Positions 1 through 10,941 of a stretch of 51,082 nucleotides of DNA are shown here, piece by piece. Each line of letters starts with the position of its first letter. Position 1 is the stretch's first letter. The stretch comes from Pseudomonadota bacterium (GTDB lineage Bacteria > Pseudomonadota > Gammaproteobacteria > Burkholderiales > Burkholderiaceae_C). The position numbers were made by a program, and so were the translations under genes. The notes under the pieces are model-generated. The model worked only from the letters and a program-made list of their open reading frames with translations, ran no database searches and was not told the DNA's origin. The DNA lies in contig JBEDCE010000001.1 in NCBI GenBank assembly GCA_041176905.1, forward strand, positions 1 to 51,082, read 5' to 3'.

Positions 1-503
1 TCATCAATTTCACCTTGATTGGCCTGTCTTCGGGCATGGTGCTGGCGTGTGCGCTGGCGGCCTTGGCTGGCGAGCAAGCGGTGTTGCAAACCTTTGGTGG
101 GGTCACCTTGGCGATGGTGTTGTTGGCGTGGCTCATGCGATTCATGGCGGTGCGTCGCAACACCGCGCTGGCTCCCCGTTCCACGCTGCAAAGCGCCACC
201 GGCATCAAGGCGGGCAAGCTGGTGCAAAAATCCATGGGTATGTCGGCTGGTGCGTTCAACACGCGCGAGTTTTTCCACGGCGCCAGCGCTCTCGCCGTGC
301 GCAACGTGAAGCTGGGTTTCCAGGTGTTTGGTTTTGCACTGCCGGCGCTGTGTTTGTTGTGGGGCTTGACGCAAACAGACGCTGGGGCGCTGCCATGGGT
401 GCTCGCGTTGCTGTTGCAGGCGCCCGGTGTGCTGGCTGAGCGTTGGTACTTCTTTGCTCAGGCCCAGCACCCGCAAAACCTGTACTACCAGACGGTGTCT
501 TGA
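1..503 (+). CDS. soeC: DmsC/SoeC-type membrane anchor of a sulfite dehydrogenase (5' end truncated by the window)
   Basis: Polytopic membrane protein with AFNTREFFHG and C-terminal ERWYFFAQAQHPQNLYYQ, typical of SoeC/DmsC anchors. Confidence 0.75.
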   Translation, partial: INFTLIGLSSGMVLACALAALAGEQAVLQTFGGVTLAMVLLAWLMRFMAVRRNTALAPRSTLQSATGIKAGKLVQKSMGMSAGAFNTREFFHGASALAVRNVKLGFQVFGFALPALCLLWGLTQTDAGALPWVLALLLQAPGVLAERWYFFAQAQHPQNLYYQTVS

Positions 504-528
504 AAACCGGGCACCCACCCTCAAGCCC

Positions 529-2349
529 GTGAACGCATTTTTCAACACCGAGCGCCTGCGGGCCTGGTTGCCGTTTTTGTCTTGGCGTTCGCGGGTGACG
601 CCACAAACCCTGCGCGCCGATATAGGTGCGGGACTCACCGGCAGCATGATCCTGGTGCCCCAAGGTGTGGCCTTTGCCACCATCGCTGGCATGCCGCCCG
701 AGTTTGGCCTGTATGCCGCCATGGTGCCCGTCATCATTGCCGCGCTGTTTGGTTCGTCGTGGCACATGGTGTCCGGTCCCACCACCGCCATCTCCATCGT
801 GGTGTTTGCCTCGCTGAGCCCCATGGCCGAGCCGGGCAGCGCACAGTACGTGCAACTCGCATTGAGCCTGTCCTTCATGTCGGGGGTGTGCATGCTGGCG
901 CTGGGCTGGCTGCGTCTGGGCTCTTTGATGAATTTTGTCTCCCACACGGTGGTGGTCGGCTTCACGGCTGGGGCGGCGGTGCTGATTGCCGCCAGCCAGT
1001 TCAAAAACTTTTTCGGCCTACCGATCGCGCGCGGCGCCACGTTTTCCGAGGTGGTGTGGGCCTTTTTTAGCCAGCTCGATCACATCAACCCGTGGGTCAC
1101 GCTGGTGGCCGTCACCACTTTGTTGGTCAGCGTGCTGGCGCGCAAGCTGACGCCGCGCGTACCCCACATGATCGTGGCCTTGCTGGTGGGCAGCGTGCTG
1201 GCGGTGCTGCTCAACCGATGGCTGGGATCGGCACGCACGGGCATTGAAACGCTGGCCGCGCTCCCGCTGGGTCTGCCGCCGCTGTCGGCGCCCGACCTGT
1301 CGATGGCCTCGTTGCGCGAGCTGTTGCCCATTGCGATCGCACTGGCCATGCTGTCGCTGACGGAGGCCTTGTCGATCGCGCGGGCGCTGGCGCTCAAGTC
1401 CGGTCAGCGCATCGACAGCAACCAAGAGTTTGTGGGCCAAGGTCTGTCCAACGTGCTGGGCTCGTTTTTCAGCGCCTATCCGTCCAGTGGCTCCTTCAAC
1501 CGCAGCGGCCTGAATCTGCAGGCTGGCGCGTTTACGCCGCTGGCAGCGGTGTTCTCAGCGGTTTTGCTGGCCGTCATCCTGCAATTTGTGGCCCCGCTGG
1601 CGGTCTATTTGCCGCTGCCGGCCATGGCGGGGGTGCTGTTTCTCGTGGCTTGGGGTTTGATCGATTTTCACCACATCCGCACCATTCTGAGCAGCAGCCG
1701 CCAAGAGACGCTGGTGCTGGTGACCACTTTCTTGGCCACACTGTTTCTGCACCTTGAGTTTGCCATTTACGCAGGCGTGATGCTGTCGCTGGTGATGTAC
1801 CTCAACCGCACCTCACACCCACCGATGGAAGATGTCAAACCTGTTCTTGAAGGCGGCCATTGGCGCCTGTCAAACCAAAGCGGACTGCCAGACTGCCCAC
1901 AATTAAAAATTCTGCGCGTTGACGGTTCGCTGTTTTTTGGCGCGATCGACCACGTGCAGCAGGCCATGCTGGCGGCTGACCACAAGACGCCGGGGCAGAA
2001 ACACCTGTTGCTGAACTGCCCTGGTGTGAACTTCATCGATATGGCGGGTGCCCACATGCTGGCGCAAGAGGCCGAACGCCGAGCGCGCTTGGGTGGCTCA
2101 CTGGTTTTGTGTGGCCTCAAGGACGGGCCCATGAGCAGCCTGAGCGATTCCCACCTGGGTGGCGCTTTCAGCGCAAACGATTTGTTGCCGATGGGCGCTC
2201 CAGATCCGGTGGGACACAGCTTTCAGCGGCTCGATCCGAACGTGTGCGCCACTTGCACACGGCGCATTTTTAAGCAATGCGCCTCTGCCCCCAAGCCAGC
2301 AGGTTGGCAGCCCAGCGAAGAAGACAACGCAGACGGCCGTCGGTTATGA
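529..2349 (+). CDS. SulP/SLC26 anion (sulfate) permease with STAS domain
   Basis: PQGVAFA..AGMPP..GLY, GPT, SGSFNRS and STAS (DGSLFFG, VNFID..G) motifs; GTG start at 529 inferred. Confidence 0.92.
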   Translation: MNAFFNTERLRAWLPFLSWRSRVTPQTLRADIGAGLTGSMILVPQGVAFATIAGMPPEFGLYAAMVPVIIAALFGSSWHMVSGPTTAISIVVFASLSPMAEPGSAQYVQLALSLSFMSGVCMLALGWLRLGSLMNFVSHTVVVGFTAGAAVLIAASQFKNFFGLPIARGATFSEVVWAFFSQLDHINPWVTLVAVTTLLVSVLARKLTPRVPHMIVALLVGSVLAVLLNRWLGSARTGIETLAALPLGLPPLSAPDLSMASLRELLPIAIALAMLSLTEALSIARALALKSGQRIDSNQEFVGQGLSNVLGSFFSAYPSSGSFNRSGLNLQAGAFTPLAAVFSAVLLAVILQFVAPLAVYLPLPAMAGVLFLVAWGLIDFHHIRTILSSSRQETLVLVTTFLATLFLHLEFAIYAGVMLSLVMYLNRTSHPPMEDVKPVLEGGHWRLSNQSGLPDCPQLKILRVDGSLFFGAIDHVQQAMLAADHKTPGQKHLLLNCPGVNFIDMAGAHMLAQEAERRARLGGSLVLCGLKDGPMSSLSDSHLGGAFSANDLLPMGAPDPVGHSFQRLDPNVCATCTRRIFKQCASAPKPAGWQPSEEDNADGRRL

Positions 2350-2396
2350 CCAGTGGGCACGGCTTTCATGGTCAACATCACAGATAAAATTCAAGT

Positions 2397-3335
2397 ATGA
2401 CCTCCTCAGCGCACGTTTCGGACATGAACCACCCCCACCTCAAATCCTTGGTGGTGGCGGCGCAAGCCTTGGGCCCCATTCGGGTGGCCATTGCTTACCC
2501 CTGCGATGCATCGTCGCTGGGCGCGGCCATCGAAGCGGCCCGTGAGGGCTTGATCGTGCCGCTGTTGGTGGGGCCCGAGGCGCGCATGCGCGCCGTGGCC
2601 AAAGCCCACGGCCTGGACCTGTCTGCGTGCGAGTGCATCGACACGCCCGATGCCCCCAAAGCGGCGGCGGTCAAGGCCGCCAGCCTGTGCCGCGATGGCT
2701 CAGCGGCGGCCATGATGAAGGGCAGCCTGCACACCGATGAGCTCTTGGGCGCAGCGGTGGCGCGCGAGGCGGGTTTGCGCGGCAACACCCGTGCCAGCCA
2801 CGCGTTTGTGATGGATGTGCCTGGGCTCAACCGACCCTTGGTGCTGACCGACTGTGTGGTCAACATCGCCCCCGGCTTGATGGACAAGCGCGATATCGTG
2901 CAAAACGCCATCGACTTCGCCAAGGCCATCGGCATTGCGGTGCCCCACGTGGCGATTTTGTCGGCCGTGGAGACCATCAACCCCGCGATCGAAAGCACCT
3001 TGGATGCGGCTGCCTTGTGCAAGATGGCCGATCGCGGACAGATCACGGGTGCTGTGTTGGACGGCCCCTTGGCTTACGACAACGCGGTGAGCGCTGCGTC
3101 GGCCGCCAACAAGGGCATTGTTTCGGCGGTGGCCGGACGGCCCGATGTGTTGCTGCTGCCCAATTTGGAGGCGGGCAACATGGTTTACAAACAGCTGGTA
3201 TACATGGCGGGCGCCGAATGTGCGGGCTTGGTCTTGGGTATGCAAGTGCCCATCATCTTGACCAGCCGCTCCGACTCCATCAAGGCCCGCATCACTTCTT
3301 GTGCATTGGCGGTGCTCATGGCTGGGCGCGCCTGA
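2397..3335 (+). CDS. pta: Phosphate acetyl/butyryltransferase
   Basis: MKGSLHTDELL, DGPLAYDNA, PNLEAGNM, PIILTSRSD motifs of the PTA/PTB family. Confidence 0.85.
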   Translation: MTSSAHVSDMNHPHLKSLVVAAQALGPIRVAIAYPCDASSLGAAIEAAREGLIVPLLVGPEARMRAVAKAHGLDLSACECIDTPDAPKAAAVKAASLCRDGSAAAMMKGSLHTDELLGAAVAREAGLRGNTRASHAFVMDVPGLNRPLVLTDCVVNIAPGLMDKRDIVQNAIDFAKAIGIAVPHVAILSAVETINPAIESTLDAAALCKMADRGQITGAVLDGPLAYDNAVSAASAANKGIVSAVAGRPDVLLLPNLEAGNMVYKQLVYMAGAECAGLVLGMQVPIILTSRSDSIKARITSCALAVLMAGRA

Positions 3336-3384
3336 TACCCCTCTGGGCACCAGTCCTGGCTGGGTGTGACCGCGTCGCAGCGCT

Positions 3385-4728
3385 TCAACTCACCACGACG
3401 TCGCCGCGCAAGGTGTAGGCCAGTGCCTTCGTGATGCGCACGTCGATCATTTGACCGATCAAGCGATCGGCCAAGGGCCCACCTTCAAAGTTCACCACCC
3501 GGTTGCATTCGGTGCGGCCCATGAGTTCGGGCGATTCGCCGGTGGACTTGCGCGAAGCGCCTTCGACCAAGATGCGCTGCACCGTGCCCACGCGGCTCTC
3601 GCTGATGTGCTTGACGTTGTCGTTGATCACGGCTTGCAGCGTGTGCAAGCGCTTGAGCTTCACGTCGCCCGGCGTGTCGTCGGGCAGGTTGGCCGCAGGG
3701 GTGCCGGGCCGCGGGCTGAACACAAAGGAGAACGAGTTGTCAAAGCCCACGTCATCGATCAGCTTCATCATCTTGTTGAAGTCGGCTTCGGACTCGCCGG
3801 GGAAACCCACGATGAAATCGCTGCTCATGGCCATGTTGGGTCGAATGGCGCGCAGCTTGCGCACCGTGCTCTTGTATTCCAGGGCGGTGTAGCCGCGCTT
3901 CATGGCCATCAAGATGGTGTCGCTGCCGTGTTGCACCGGCAGGTGCAGGTGGTTCACGAGTTGCGGGATCTTGGCGTAGGCCTCGATCAGGCGCGGCGTG
4001 AATTCATTGGGGTGGCTGGTCACGTAGCGGATGCGCTCAATACCGGGGATGTCGGCCACGTACTCCAGCAGCAAGGCAAAGTCGGCCACGTCGGCCGTTT
4101 GGCCCATGACGCCACGGTAGGCATTGACGTTTTGGCCGAGCAAGGTGACTTCCTTGACGCCTTGGTCGGCCAAGCCGGCCACTTCAATCAAGACCTCTTC
4201 GAAGGGGCGGCTGAATTCTTCCCCGCGGGTGTAGGGCACCACGCAGTAGCTGCAGTATTTGCTGCAGCCTTCCATGATCGAGACAAAGGCCGAAGCCCCA
4301 TCGACACGCGCCGGGGGCAGGTGGTCGAATTTTTCGATTTCGGGGAAACTGATGTCGACCTGCGGTTTCTGCAACGCTTGGCGCTGGCGCAGCAACTCGG
4401 GCAAGCGGTGCAAGGTTTGTGGGCCAAAGACCACGTCCACATAGGGTGCGCGCTTGATGATCTCGGCCCCTTCTTGGCTGGCCACGCAGCCGCCCACGCC
4501 AATGAGCACGCCTTTTTCCTTGAGGTGCTTGACGCGGCCCAAATCGGAGAACACCTTTTCTTGGGCTTTTTCGCGCACCGAGCAGGTGTTGAAGAGGATG
4601 AGGTCGGCCTCTTCAACGTCGAGGGTGGGCTCATAGCCTTGGGCGGCGCCCAGCACATCGGCCATCTTGTCCGAGTCGTACTCGTTCATTTGGCAGCCGA
4701 AGGTCTTGATGAAAACTTTTTTGCTCAT
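3385..4728 (-). CDS. miaB: tRNA 2-methylthio-N6-isopentenyladenosine synthase
   Basis: [13 protein letters not shown]-terminus, radical-SAM CSKYCSYC, C-terminal TRAM domain. Confidence 0.97.
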   Translation of the reverse strand: MSKKVFIKTFGCQMNEYDSDKMADVLGAAQGYEPTLDVEEADLILFNTCSVREKAQEKVFSDLGRVKHLKEKGVLIGVGGCVASQEGAEIIKRAPYVDVVFGPQTLHRLPELLRQRQALQKPQVDISFPEIEKFDHLPPARVDGASAFVSIMEGCSKYCSYCVVPYTRGEEFSRPFEEVLIEVAGLADQGVKEVTLLGQNVNAYRGVMGQTADVADFALLLEYVADIPGIERIRYVTSHPNEFTPRLIEAYAKIPQLVNHLHLPVQHGSDTILMAMKRGYTALEYKSTVRKLRAIRPNMAMSSDFIVGFPGESEADFNKMMKLIDDVGFDNSFSFVFSPRPGTPAANLPDDTPGDVKLKRLHTLQAVINDNVKHISESRVGTVQRILVEGASRKSTGESPELMGRTECNRVVNFEGGPLADRLIGQMIDVRITKALAYTLRGDVVVS

Positions 4729-4768
4729 GGTGCTCTCAGCGAGGTCTGGTGTGTATCCAGGGGCTGTG

Positions 4769-4800
4769 AAAAAGCCCTTGAGCCGAGGGCGCAAGGGCTT
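4769..4800 (-). terminator. Intrinsic terminator between tRNA-Met and miaB
   Basis: AAGCCCTTG/CAAGGGCTT stem running into a U-tract on the minus strand. Confidence 0.6.
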
Positions 4801-4805
4801 GAAGG

Positions 4806-4882
4806 TGGTGGTGATAGGTGGATTTGAACCACCGACATCAGCATTATGAATGCTGCGCTCTAACCAACTGAGCTATATCACC
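4806..4882 (-). tRNA. tRNA-Met (CAT), elongator type
   Basis: Reverse complement GGTGATATAGCTCAGTTGG...CAGCA-TTCATAA-TGCTG...GTTCAAATC...TATCACCACCA folds as a cloverleaf with encoded CCA; TATAAT upstream at 4893-4898. Confidence 0.93.
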
Positions 4883-4937
4883 AGCAGGCGAAATTATAGC
4901 CAGTTTTTGGGGACCCTTGGCAGGGTGGCGCCGGGTT

Positions 4938-5720
4938 TCAGCGGTGTTTGAAGACCGCTGGGCGTTTGTTCACGAAGGCGTCCATGCCTTCTTTTTGGTC
5001 TTCGGTGGCAAAGAGCGCGTGGAACAGGCGGCGCTCGAACATCACACCGTCGGACAAGCCGCCCTCAAAGGCGCGGTTCACGGCTTCTTTGGCCGCCATC
5101 ACGCTGGGCAGGCCCAAGGCGGCAATCGTGAGTGCCGCCCCCAAGGCCTCGTCCATCAGCTTGTCCAGCGGCACCACGCGGCTGACCAAGCCAGCACGTT
5201 CGGCCTCTTGGGCGTCCATCATGCGACCGGTGAGCACCAGGTCCATGGCCTTGGCCTTGCCCACCGCGCGCGGCAAGCGTTGGGTACCACCCGCGCCGGG
5301 GATGATGCCCAGTTTGATCTCGGGCTGGCCAAACTTGGCGTTGTCGGCGGCGATGATGAAGTCGCACATCATGGCCAGTTCACAGCCGCCGCCCAGAGCA
5401 AAGCCGCTGACCGCGGCGATGATGGGTTTGCGCACGCTGCGAATGGTCTCCCAGTTGCGCGTGATGTAGTCCTGCCCGTAGACATCGGCGAAGGTGAGCT
5501 GGGCCATGTCGCCAATGTCGGCACCCGCCGCAAAGGCTTTTTCGCTGCCGGTGATGACCATACAGCCAATCTCGGGGTTGGCGTCAAAGGCTTGCAGCGC
5601 TGAACCGAGTTCGTCCATCAGTTGGCCGTTGAGCGCGTTGAGCGCTTTGGGGCGGTTGAGCGTGACGATGCCCACGCGGCCTTCGGTGCGCACCAAAATG
5701 GTCTCTGGAGTGGTGGTCAT
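4938..5720 (-). CDS. Enoyl-CoA hydratase (crotonase family)
   Basis: [40 protein letters not shown]. Confidence 0.93.
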   Translation of the reverse strand: MTTTPETILVRTEGRVGIVTLNRPKALNALNGQLMDELGSALQAFDANPEIGCMVITGSEKAFAAGADIGDMAQLTFADVYGQDYITRNWETIRSVRKPIIAAVSGFALGGGCELAMMCDFIIAADNAKFGQPEIKLGIIPGAGGTQRLPRAVGKAKAMDLVLTGRMMDAQEAERAGLVSRVVPLDKLMDEALGAALTIAALGLPSVMAAKEAVNRAFEGGLSDGVMFERRLFHALFATEDQKEGMDAFVNKRPAVFKHR

Positions 5721-7519
5721 GGGGTCTCCTGGGTGGTTGAATGATTGAGCCAATCGCTCGTGTGGGGGGCGGGTGCCGCGGTCAAGCGCAGCACGCGTTC
5801 GACGCTGCGCAGTCGCACGGGACAACGCAGCAAGCGCTGATCGCGGCTGATGAGGGCGGTGAAATCGGTGCGCAAACCCAGCCAGCGCGGCAAGGTATCG
5901 AGGTTATTCAAACGCCAAGCCTCGGCGGGCTGTGTGCCGTCGGCGGCCCATTCCACGCCCAGCCATTCGTCGCCAGCGGCCATGCCGGCTTGCTCGGCCG
6001 CACCGCCACGCAAGACGGTTTTGATGCGCACCGTGCCGCCGCTGTCGTTCACGCGCACACCCAACTGCTGGGCGATGGGCGCGGGGTCGTGGGCCACCGT
6101 CACGCCTTGGCGCTCCAAGCACGCCACGACGGGCAAGTCGTCGGTGCCGTGCACCCAAGCTTGCAGCTCGGCTTGCCAAGAGCGGCCCGAGAGCGTGAGC
6201 AAGGTTTGCTGGATATCGGCTTCGGTGATGGGGCCGCCTTGGCTGCTGCGCCACAGCGACTGCACCACCGCGTCGAGTGTGGTGCGGCCCTCCGTGCGCA
6301 AGCTCAGGTCCAGGCACAGGGCCACCAGCGCGCCCTTGGTGTAGTAACTCACCGTGGCGTTGGGGGTGTTCTCGCCCATGCGGTAGTACTTGGTCCAAGC
6401 GTCAAAACTGGCTTGGGCCACGCTTTGCAGGTGACGCCCCGGGGTTTGCAAGACCTGGTTGTGGTGCTTGGCCACGAGTTGCAAATACACCTCATCGCTG
6501 ATCAGCCCGGCGCGGCGCAGGATCAGGTCGTCGTAATAGCTGGTGAAGCCTTCGAACCACCACAAGAGCTCGCTGTGGTTCTCGCGGTCGTAGTCGATCG
6601 TGGTGAGATCACTCGGGCGCAAGCGCTTGACGTTCCAAGTGTGGAAGTACTCGTGGCTGATGAGGCCGAGCAGGGTGGTGTAACCGTCGCTGGCCTTGAG
6701 CGCGGCTGGGGCCGATGCGCTGATGGCGGGCAAGTCCTTGCGTTGTGCAATCAGAGCAGTGGAGTTGCGGTGCTCCAAGCCGCCGTAGCCGTCGGCCGTG
6801 GCGTTGAGTATGAACACGTAGCGCTCGAACGGCGCGCTGCGCGGCGGAGCATCGGCACCGTGCCAAAAGTCGATCTCGGTCTCGCAGATGCGCTGCGTGT
6901 CGGCCAGCAAGCGTGCGCCATCGAAGGCGCCCGCGCCGCTGACCACAAAGCTGTGCGGCACTCCGCGCGCCACGAAGTCGCCACGCCAAAACGTGCCCAT
7001 CTCCACTGGGCAGTCGACCAGCTCGTCGTAACCCTGCGCCAAGTATGTGCCCCAGCCACGCTCGTTGGTTTGCTCGGCGCGCAGGCCGGTGATGGCCGAC
7101 CAATGCGCGGTGTGTTCGTTGTCTACCAATCGCAATTGGTGGGGCGCATCGGTTTGGCCAATCACGCGCAGGCACAGGCTGGTGCCGTTGAAAAAACCGC
7201 GCTGCGCATCGAGCCATGCCATGCGCACCGAGGCGTCAAGCGCATAGACCTCGTGCCGCACCACCAAGGGCTGTGTGGTGTCGCACTGCACCTGCCACTG
7301 GTGTTTGTTGAGTTGGCGCACCGCACAGGCTTGGCCGCCTTGCTCGGCGCGCAAGCCCTGCAGGTGTTGAGAAAACTCGCGCACCATGTAGCTGCCCGGA
7401 ATCCACACCGGCAAGCTCAGCACCTGTTCGGTGGCGGGCTGCGCCACGCGCAGCGTGACGGCAAACAGGTGGCTGTGTGGGTGCAGCACCGCCACGTCAT
7501 AAGCGACGGCGGCGGTCAT
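5717..7519 (-). CDS. M61 glycyl aminopeptidase with PDZ-like C-terminus
   Basis: [16 protein letters not shown], zinc motif [23 protein letters not shown]. Confidence 0.92.
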   Translation of the reverse strand: MTAAVAYDVAVLHPHSHLFAVTLRVAQPATEQVLSLPVWIPGSYMVREFSQHLQGLRAEQGGQACAVRQLNKHQWQVQCDTTQPLVVRHEVYALDASVRMAWLDAQRGFFNGTSLCLRVIGQTDAPHQLRLVDNEHTAHWSAITGLRAEQTNERGWGTYLAQGYDELVDCPVEMGTFWRGDFVARGVPHSFVVSGAGAFDGARLLADTQRICETEIDFWHGADAPPRSAPFERYVFILNATADGYGGLEHRNSTALIAQRKDLPAISASAPAALKASDGYTTLLGLISHEYFHTWNVKRLRPSDLTTIDYDRENHSELLWWFEGFTSYYDDLILRRAGLISDEVYLQLVAKHHNQVLQTPGRHLQSVAQASFDAWTKYYRMGENTPNATVSYYTKGALVALCLDLSLRTEGRTTLDAVVQSLWRSSQGGPITEADIQQTLLTLSGRSWQAELQAWVHGTDDLPVVACLERQGVTVAHDPAPIAQQLGVRVNDSGGTVRIKTVLRGGAAEQAGMAAGDEWLGVEWAADGTQPAEAWRLNNLDTLPRWLGLRTDFTALISRDQRLLRCPVRLRSVERVLRLTAAPAPHTSDWLNHSTTQETP

Positions 7520-8232
7520 TTTTGGGCGGCCAAGCCGCGTTCAATGGCTTTGAAGTCGGCGCCCGCGATGCGGGTGCCATCACCCAAAAAACTGGTGGGC
7601 GTGCCGTTGATGCGGTGTTTTTGCGCGAAGGCTAGGTTGCGTGTCAAGGCAGCGGTGTCGCAGGTTTGGTTGGGCGGATTTTGTCCGTCGATCATCCAGT
7701 CGTTGTAGGCCTCGGCGGGTTTGGCCGCGCACCAAATGTTGCGTGCCTTGGTTTGTGAATCGGGCCCCAACATGGCCACCACAAAGGTGTAGACGGTCAC
7801 GTCGTTGAGCTTGAGCAGGTCGCGCTCCAAGCGTTTGCAAAAACCGCAATTGGGGTCGCTGAAGACGGCGATCTTGCGCGAACCGTTGCCGCGCACCGTC
7901 ACCACCGCGTCTTTGAGCGGCAGGTCTTTGAAGGCGATGGCGGTGAGTTGGTTCATGCGCGCCTCCGTCAGGTTCACGCGCTGACGGGTGTCGAACAACT
8001 CGCCTTGCAGCAGCACGAAGTCGCCGTTGGCGTCGCTGTACAGCAGCTCGGTGCCGTTGACGCGCACCTCGAACAAACCCTTCATCGGTGTGGGCGTGAC
8101 GCTGTCGATGGGTGGCAAGGTGGGCAGGCGCTGCGGCAGGTTTTTGCGGATGGTGGCTTCTTGGGCCACGGCAGTGCCGAAGCACACGGTGAAAGCTGCC
8201 AAGAGGAGGGTGCGCCAGATCGGTTTGTGCAT
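7516..8232 (-). CDS. dsbC: Disulfide isomerase, DsbC family
   Basis: Signal peptide, FSDPNCGFCK, cis-Pro GTP motif. Confidence 0.9.
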   Translation of the reverse strand: MHKPIWRTLLLAAFTVCFGTAVAQEATIRKNLPQRLPTLPPIDSVTPTPMKGLFEVRVNGTELLYSDANGDFVLLQGELFDTRQRVNLTEARMNQLTAIAFKDLPLKDAVVTVRGNGSRKIAVFSDPNCGFCKRLERDLLKLNDVTVYTFVVAMLGPDSQTKARNIWCAAKPAEAYNDWMIDGQNPPNQTCDTAALTRNLAFAQKHRINGTPTSFLGDGTRIAGADFKAIERGLAAQK

Positions 8233-8254
8233 GGTGGGTTGGAAGTGAGGTGAA

Positions 8255-9400
8255 TCAAAGAGAGGATCGGCCCATGGCGTGTTGCGCCATCCATTGTTTG
8301 ATGGGTCCGCTGCGGTCGAATTGGTTCAATCCCCAGTTGCGCAGCGTTTGAATGCGCCCGTCGGTGTGGTCGAACAGGCCAAACAGGCCGTCCGTGACCC
8401 AGGCCATGGCGCTGACGTCGGCGGCGCGCGCGCGCTCGTAACGGCGCAACAAACGCATATCGCCCAAAGGCCGCCAGTACTCGCGCTCGCGCAGCACCCG
8501 GGCGAGCTCGGCCACGTCGGCCAAGCCCAGGTTCAAGCCCTGACCGGCCAAGGGGTGCATGGCGTGGGCGGCATCACCGGCCAAAGCCACGGTGCCTTCG
8601 GGGGTCTGGGCCAGCCAACGGTCGGCGGTGGACAGCTCCAGCGGCCAGGCTTGCGCCGCGCCGCTCACGCTCAATTCGCCCAGCACGGATTGGCTGCGAC
8701 TTTGCACCTCGGCCAACCAGTCGCCCGAGGCGATGCGCGCATCGGTGCGTTCGATGGGGGCCGACCACACCAAAGCCATGGTGCGTCCGTCGGGGCCGCC
8801 CATCGGTAACAAGGCCATGATCTCGCTGTTGGCAAACCACTGGTGCGCTACGCCGCCGTGCGGTCGTTCGCACAACAGCCGCGCCGCCAAGGCTTTGTGG
8901 GCGTAAGGTTTGACCAAAAAGTCCAAACCGCGGGAGGCGCGCGTGGCGCTGCGCTTGCCTTCGCAGACCACCGTCAAGGGCGCGCTGGGGGCTTGCGCTA
9001 AACGCTCAATTCCACTTTGGTAAGACACCGCTTGCGCCAGTTGCTCTTCCAGCAGCGGCACATCGACGATCCAGCCCAGCGCATCCGCCCCTTGGTCGTG
9101 GGCATCAAACCCCAAGCGACCACCCGCATCGGCGTGCACCCGCATGGCGCTGATGGGCGTGGTGCTCTGGGCGTCGCTGGGCCAAGCGCGAAGGGACTCC
9201 AGCAAGCGGCGCGAAGCGGCGTTGAGGGCGTAGGCGCGCACATCGGGTGTGCGGTCGATGGGCGCGGGCTCGCCAACCAAGGCGACACGCAAACGGTCTT
9301 GCGCCAACAACAAGGCCAAGCTTTGGCCCACGATGCCGCCGCCGCGAACGACCACGTCGAAACGTCGACCGCTGGGCAAAGGTTGGGAAGAGGGGTTCAT
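8255..9400 (-). CDS. UbiH/UbiI-family FAD-dependent hydroxylase
   Basis: GGGIVG Rossmann motif, GDAAHAMHPLAGQGLNLG. Confidence 0.88.
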   Translation of the reverse strand: MNPSSQPLPSGRRFDVVVRGGGIVGQSLALLLAQDRLRVALVGEPAPIDRTPDVRAYALNAASRRLLESLRAWPSDAQSTTPISAMRVHADAGGRLGFDAHDQGADALGWIVDVPLLEEQLAQAVSYQSGIERLAQAPSAPLTVVCEGKRSATRASRGLDFLVKPYAHKALAARLLCERPHGGVAHQWFANSEIMALLPMGGPDGRTMALVWSAPIERTDARIASGDWLAEVQSRSQSVLGELSVSGAAQAWPLELSTADRWLAQTPEGTVALAGDAAHAMHPLAGQGLNLGLADVAELARVLREREYWRPLGDMRLLRRYERARAADVSAMAWVTDGLFGLFDHTDGRIQTLRNWGLNQFDRSGPIKQWMAQHAMGRSSL

Positions 9401-9435
9401 GGCCCCATTCTAGGGAATCGGGTGAGAATCCCCCC

Positions 9436-10323
9436 ATGACCATGAACGACCGTTTCGAAGCCACCATCGCCCAACTCTGGGTCTACCCCATCAAGTCCTG
9501 TGCGGGGGTGTCGCTGACACAGTCCGAACTCACCGAGGACGGGCTCTTGTTCGACCGCAATTGGATGGTGGTCGACGAGCACGGCGACTTTCTCAGCCAG
9601 CGCGAATGCCCGCGCATGGCCTTGGTTCAACCCACGGTCACACCCACGCGCCAACTCGTGGTCCGCGCACCCAGCATGCGGGACTTGAGCGTGGAGGGGG
9701 CATCGCTGGCCCTGCCGCTGCGCGTGCGCGTGTGGGACGACGAAGTGGTGGCGCTCGACATGGGCGAGGCGGCTTCGATCTGGTTCACCCAATGCCTCAA
9801 CCCCGAAGGCGACCCGGCGCTGGGGCGTTTGCGTTTGGTCCGTTTTGACCCGCGGGTGCGCCGCGTGAGCGACCGCCGCTGGACCAGTGAGCGCGAGGCC
9901 ACGACCCAATTCGCCGATGGCTTTGCCGTGCTCGTGACCAGCGAAGCGTCCTTGGACGGGCTCAACACCCGCTTGACCCAAGCCGGTCACGCGCCGGTGG
10001 ACCAGCGCCGCTTTCGCCCCAACATCGTCTTGGCTGGGGTCGAGGCCCACGACGAAGACCGGGTGGGCGCGCTCACGGTGGACACCGGCGCGGGTGGGGC
10101 GACCTTGGAAGCCGTCAAGCCTTGCGGCCGCTGCCCCATGCCCAACATCGACCCCGACACCGCGCAGGCCAGCCCGGTGGTGGGCGACACCTTGCAGACC
10201 TACCGGGCCGATGCGCGCTTGAAGGGCGAGATCACCTTCGGCATGAACGCGGTGGTGCGCGCCGGCGCAGGCGAGGTCTTGCGCGTGGGGCAGCCGCTGC
10301 ACGGGGACTGGCGCTTCGACTGA
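9436..10323 (+). CDS. MOSC-domain (mARC/YcbX-like) protein
   Basis: YPIKSCAG, DRNWMVV, FADG, RFRPNIV, KPCGRC. Confidence 0.9.
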   Translation: MTMNDRFEATIAQLWVYPIKSCAGVSLTQSELTEDGLLFDRNWMVVDEHGDFLSQRECPRMALVQPTVTPTRQLVVRAPSMRDLSVEGASLALPLRVRVWDDEVVALDMGEAASIWFTQCLNPEGDPALGRLRLVRFDPRVRRVSDRRWTSEREATTQFADGFAVLVTSEASLDGLNTRLTQAGHAPVDQRRFRPNIVLAGVEAHDEDRVGALTVDTGAGGATLEAVKPCGRCPMPNIDPDTAQASPVVGDTLQTYRADARLKGEITFGMNAVVRAGAGEVLRVGQPLHGDWRFD

Positions 10324-10401
10324 AGCGCACGACCCGACTGTGATAAAAATTTGTTATAAAATTGTCTTTTTTTGGAGAAAAAATTGATTTACGCAAAAAT
10401 T

Positions 10402-10941
10402 ATGCTCGGTTTGTTGGCTGGTGTGGGCTTGGTTTCCTGTGGGTCGATCCCCAACGTCAGCCAGCAAAGCCAACCCACGGGTGCGCTCGCGCAGTCAGAG
10501 CGCGGCGCGGCGACCAAGACCTTGGTTTGTGTCTTGCAGCCCAACGATGCGGTCAACGGACAAGAAAAATACCCAGGCAGTGGCGCTGATTTGGGGGCAC
10601 GTGTTCTCCAATCGGTTAAGCAGGCTGGGTTGCCTGCCGCCTTGGTCAAAGGCGATGCTTCAACGGCTTGTCAGGGCAGCGGTGCAACCCACGTGCTGCA
10701 GACCGTTGTGGGGCGTTACGAGGACAACTACACCGGTTATTCGGGTAAGCCAGATCGGATCGAACTTCAATTGCGCCTGAGCTTGCTCGGTCAACCGGCA
10801 TCGGTCAAAGAGGTGAGCTACGCGGCGTCTTCGAATTTGGTGGCCAGCGCGTTTTTGGAGTGGGGTAACGCCAAGCCATTGAGCCTGTTGAAAACAGACT
10901 TTGACGATCGGGTGAAAAGCCTTTTGCTCGGTATTCGCTGA
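10402..10941 (+). CDS. Predicted lipoprotein, DUF4823-like
   Basis: Lipobox LVSC; YED..T.YSGKPDRIE resembles DUF4823; AT-rich upstream DNA; start uncertain (10372 or 10402). Confidence 0.55.
   Translation: MLGLLAGVGLVSCGSIPNVSQQSQPTGALAQSERGAATKTLVCVLQPNDAVNGQEKYPGSGADLGARVLQSVKQAGLPAALVKGDASTACQGSGATHVLQTVVGRYEDNYTGYSGKPDRIELQLRLSLLGQPASVKEVSYAASSNLVASAFLEWGNAKPLSLLKTDFDDRVKSLLLGIR

Noticed and set aside
4806-4882. tRNA as initiator fMet or Ile2 (CAT)
   Set aside because: It has a paired G1-C72 and no GGG/CCC anticodon stem, so it is not initiator; the anticodon stem resembles elongator Met more than Ile2, though Ile2 is not fully excluded.
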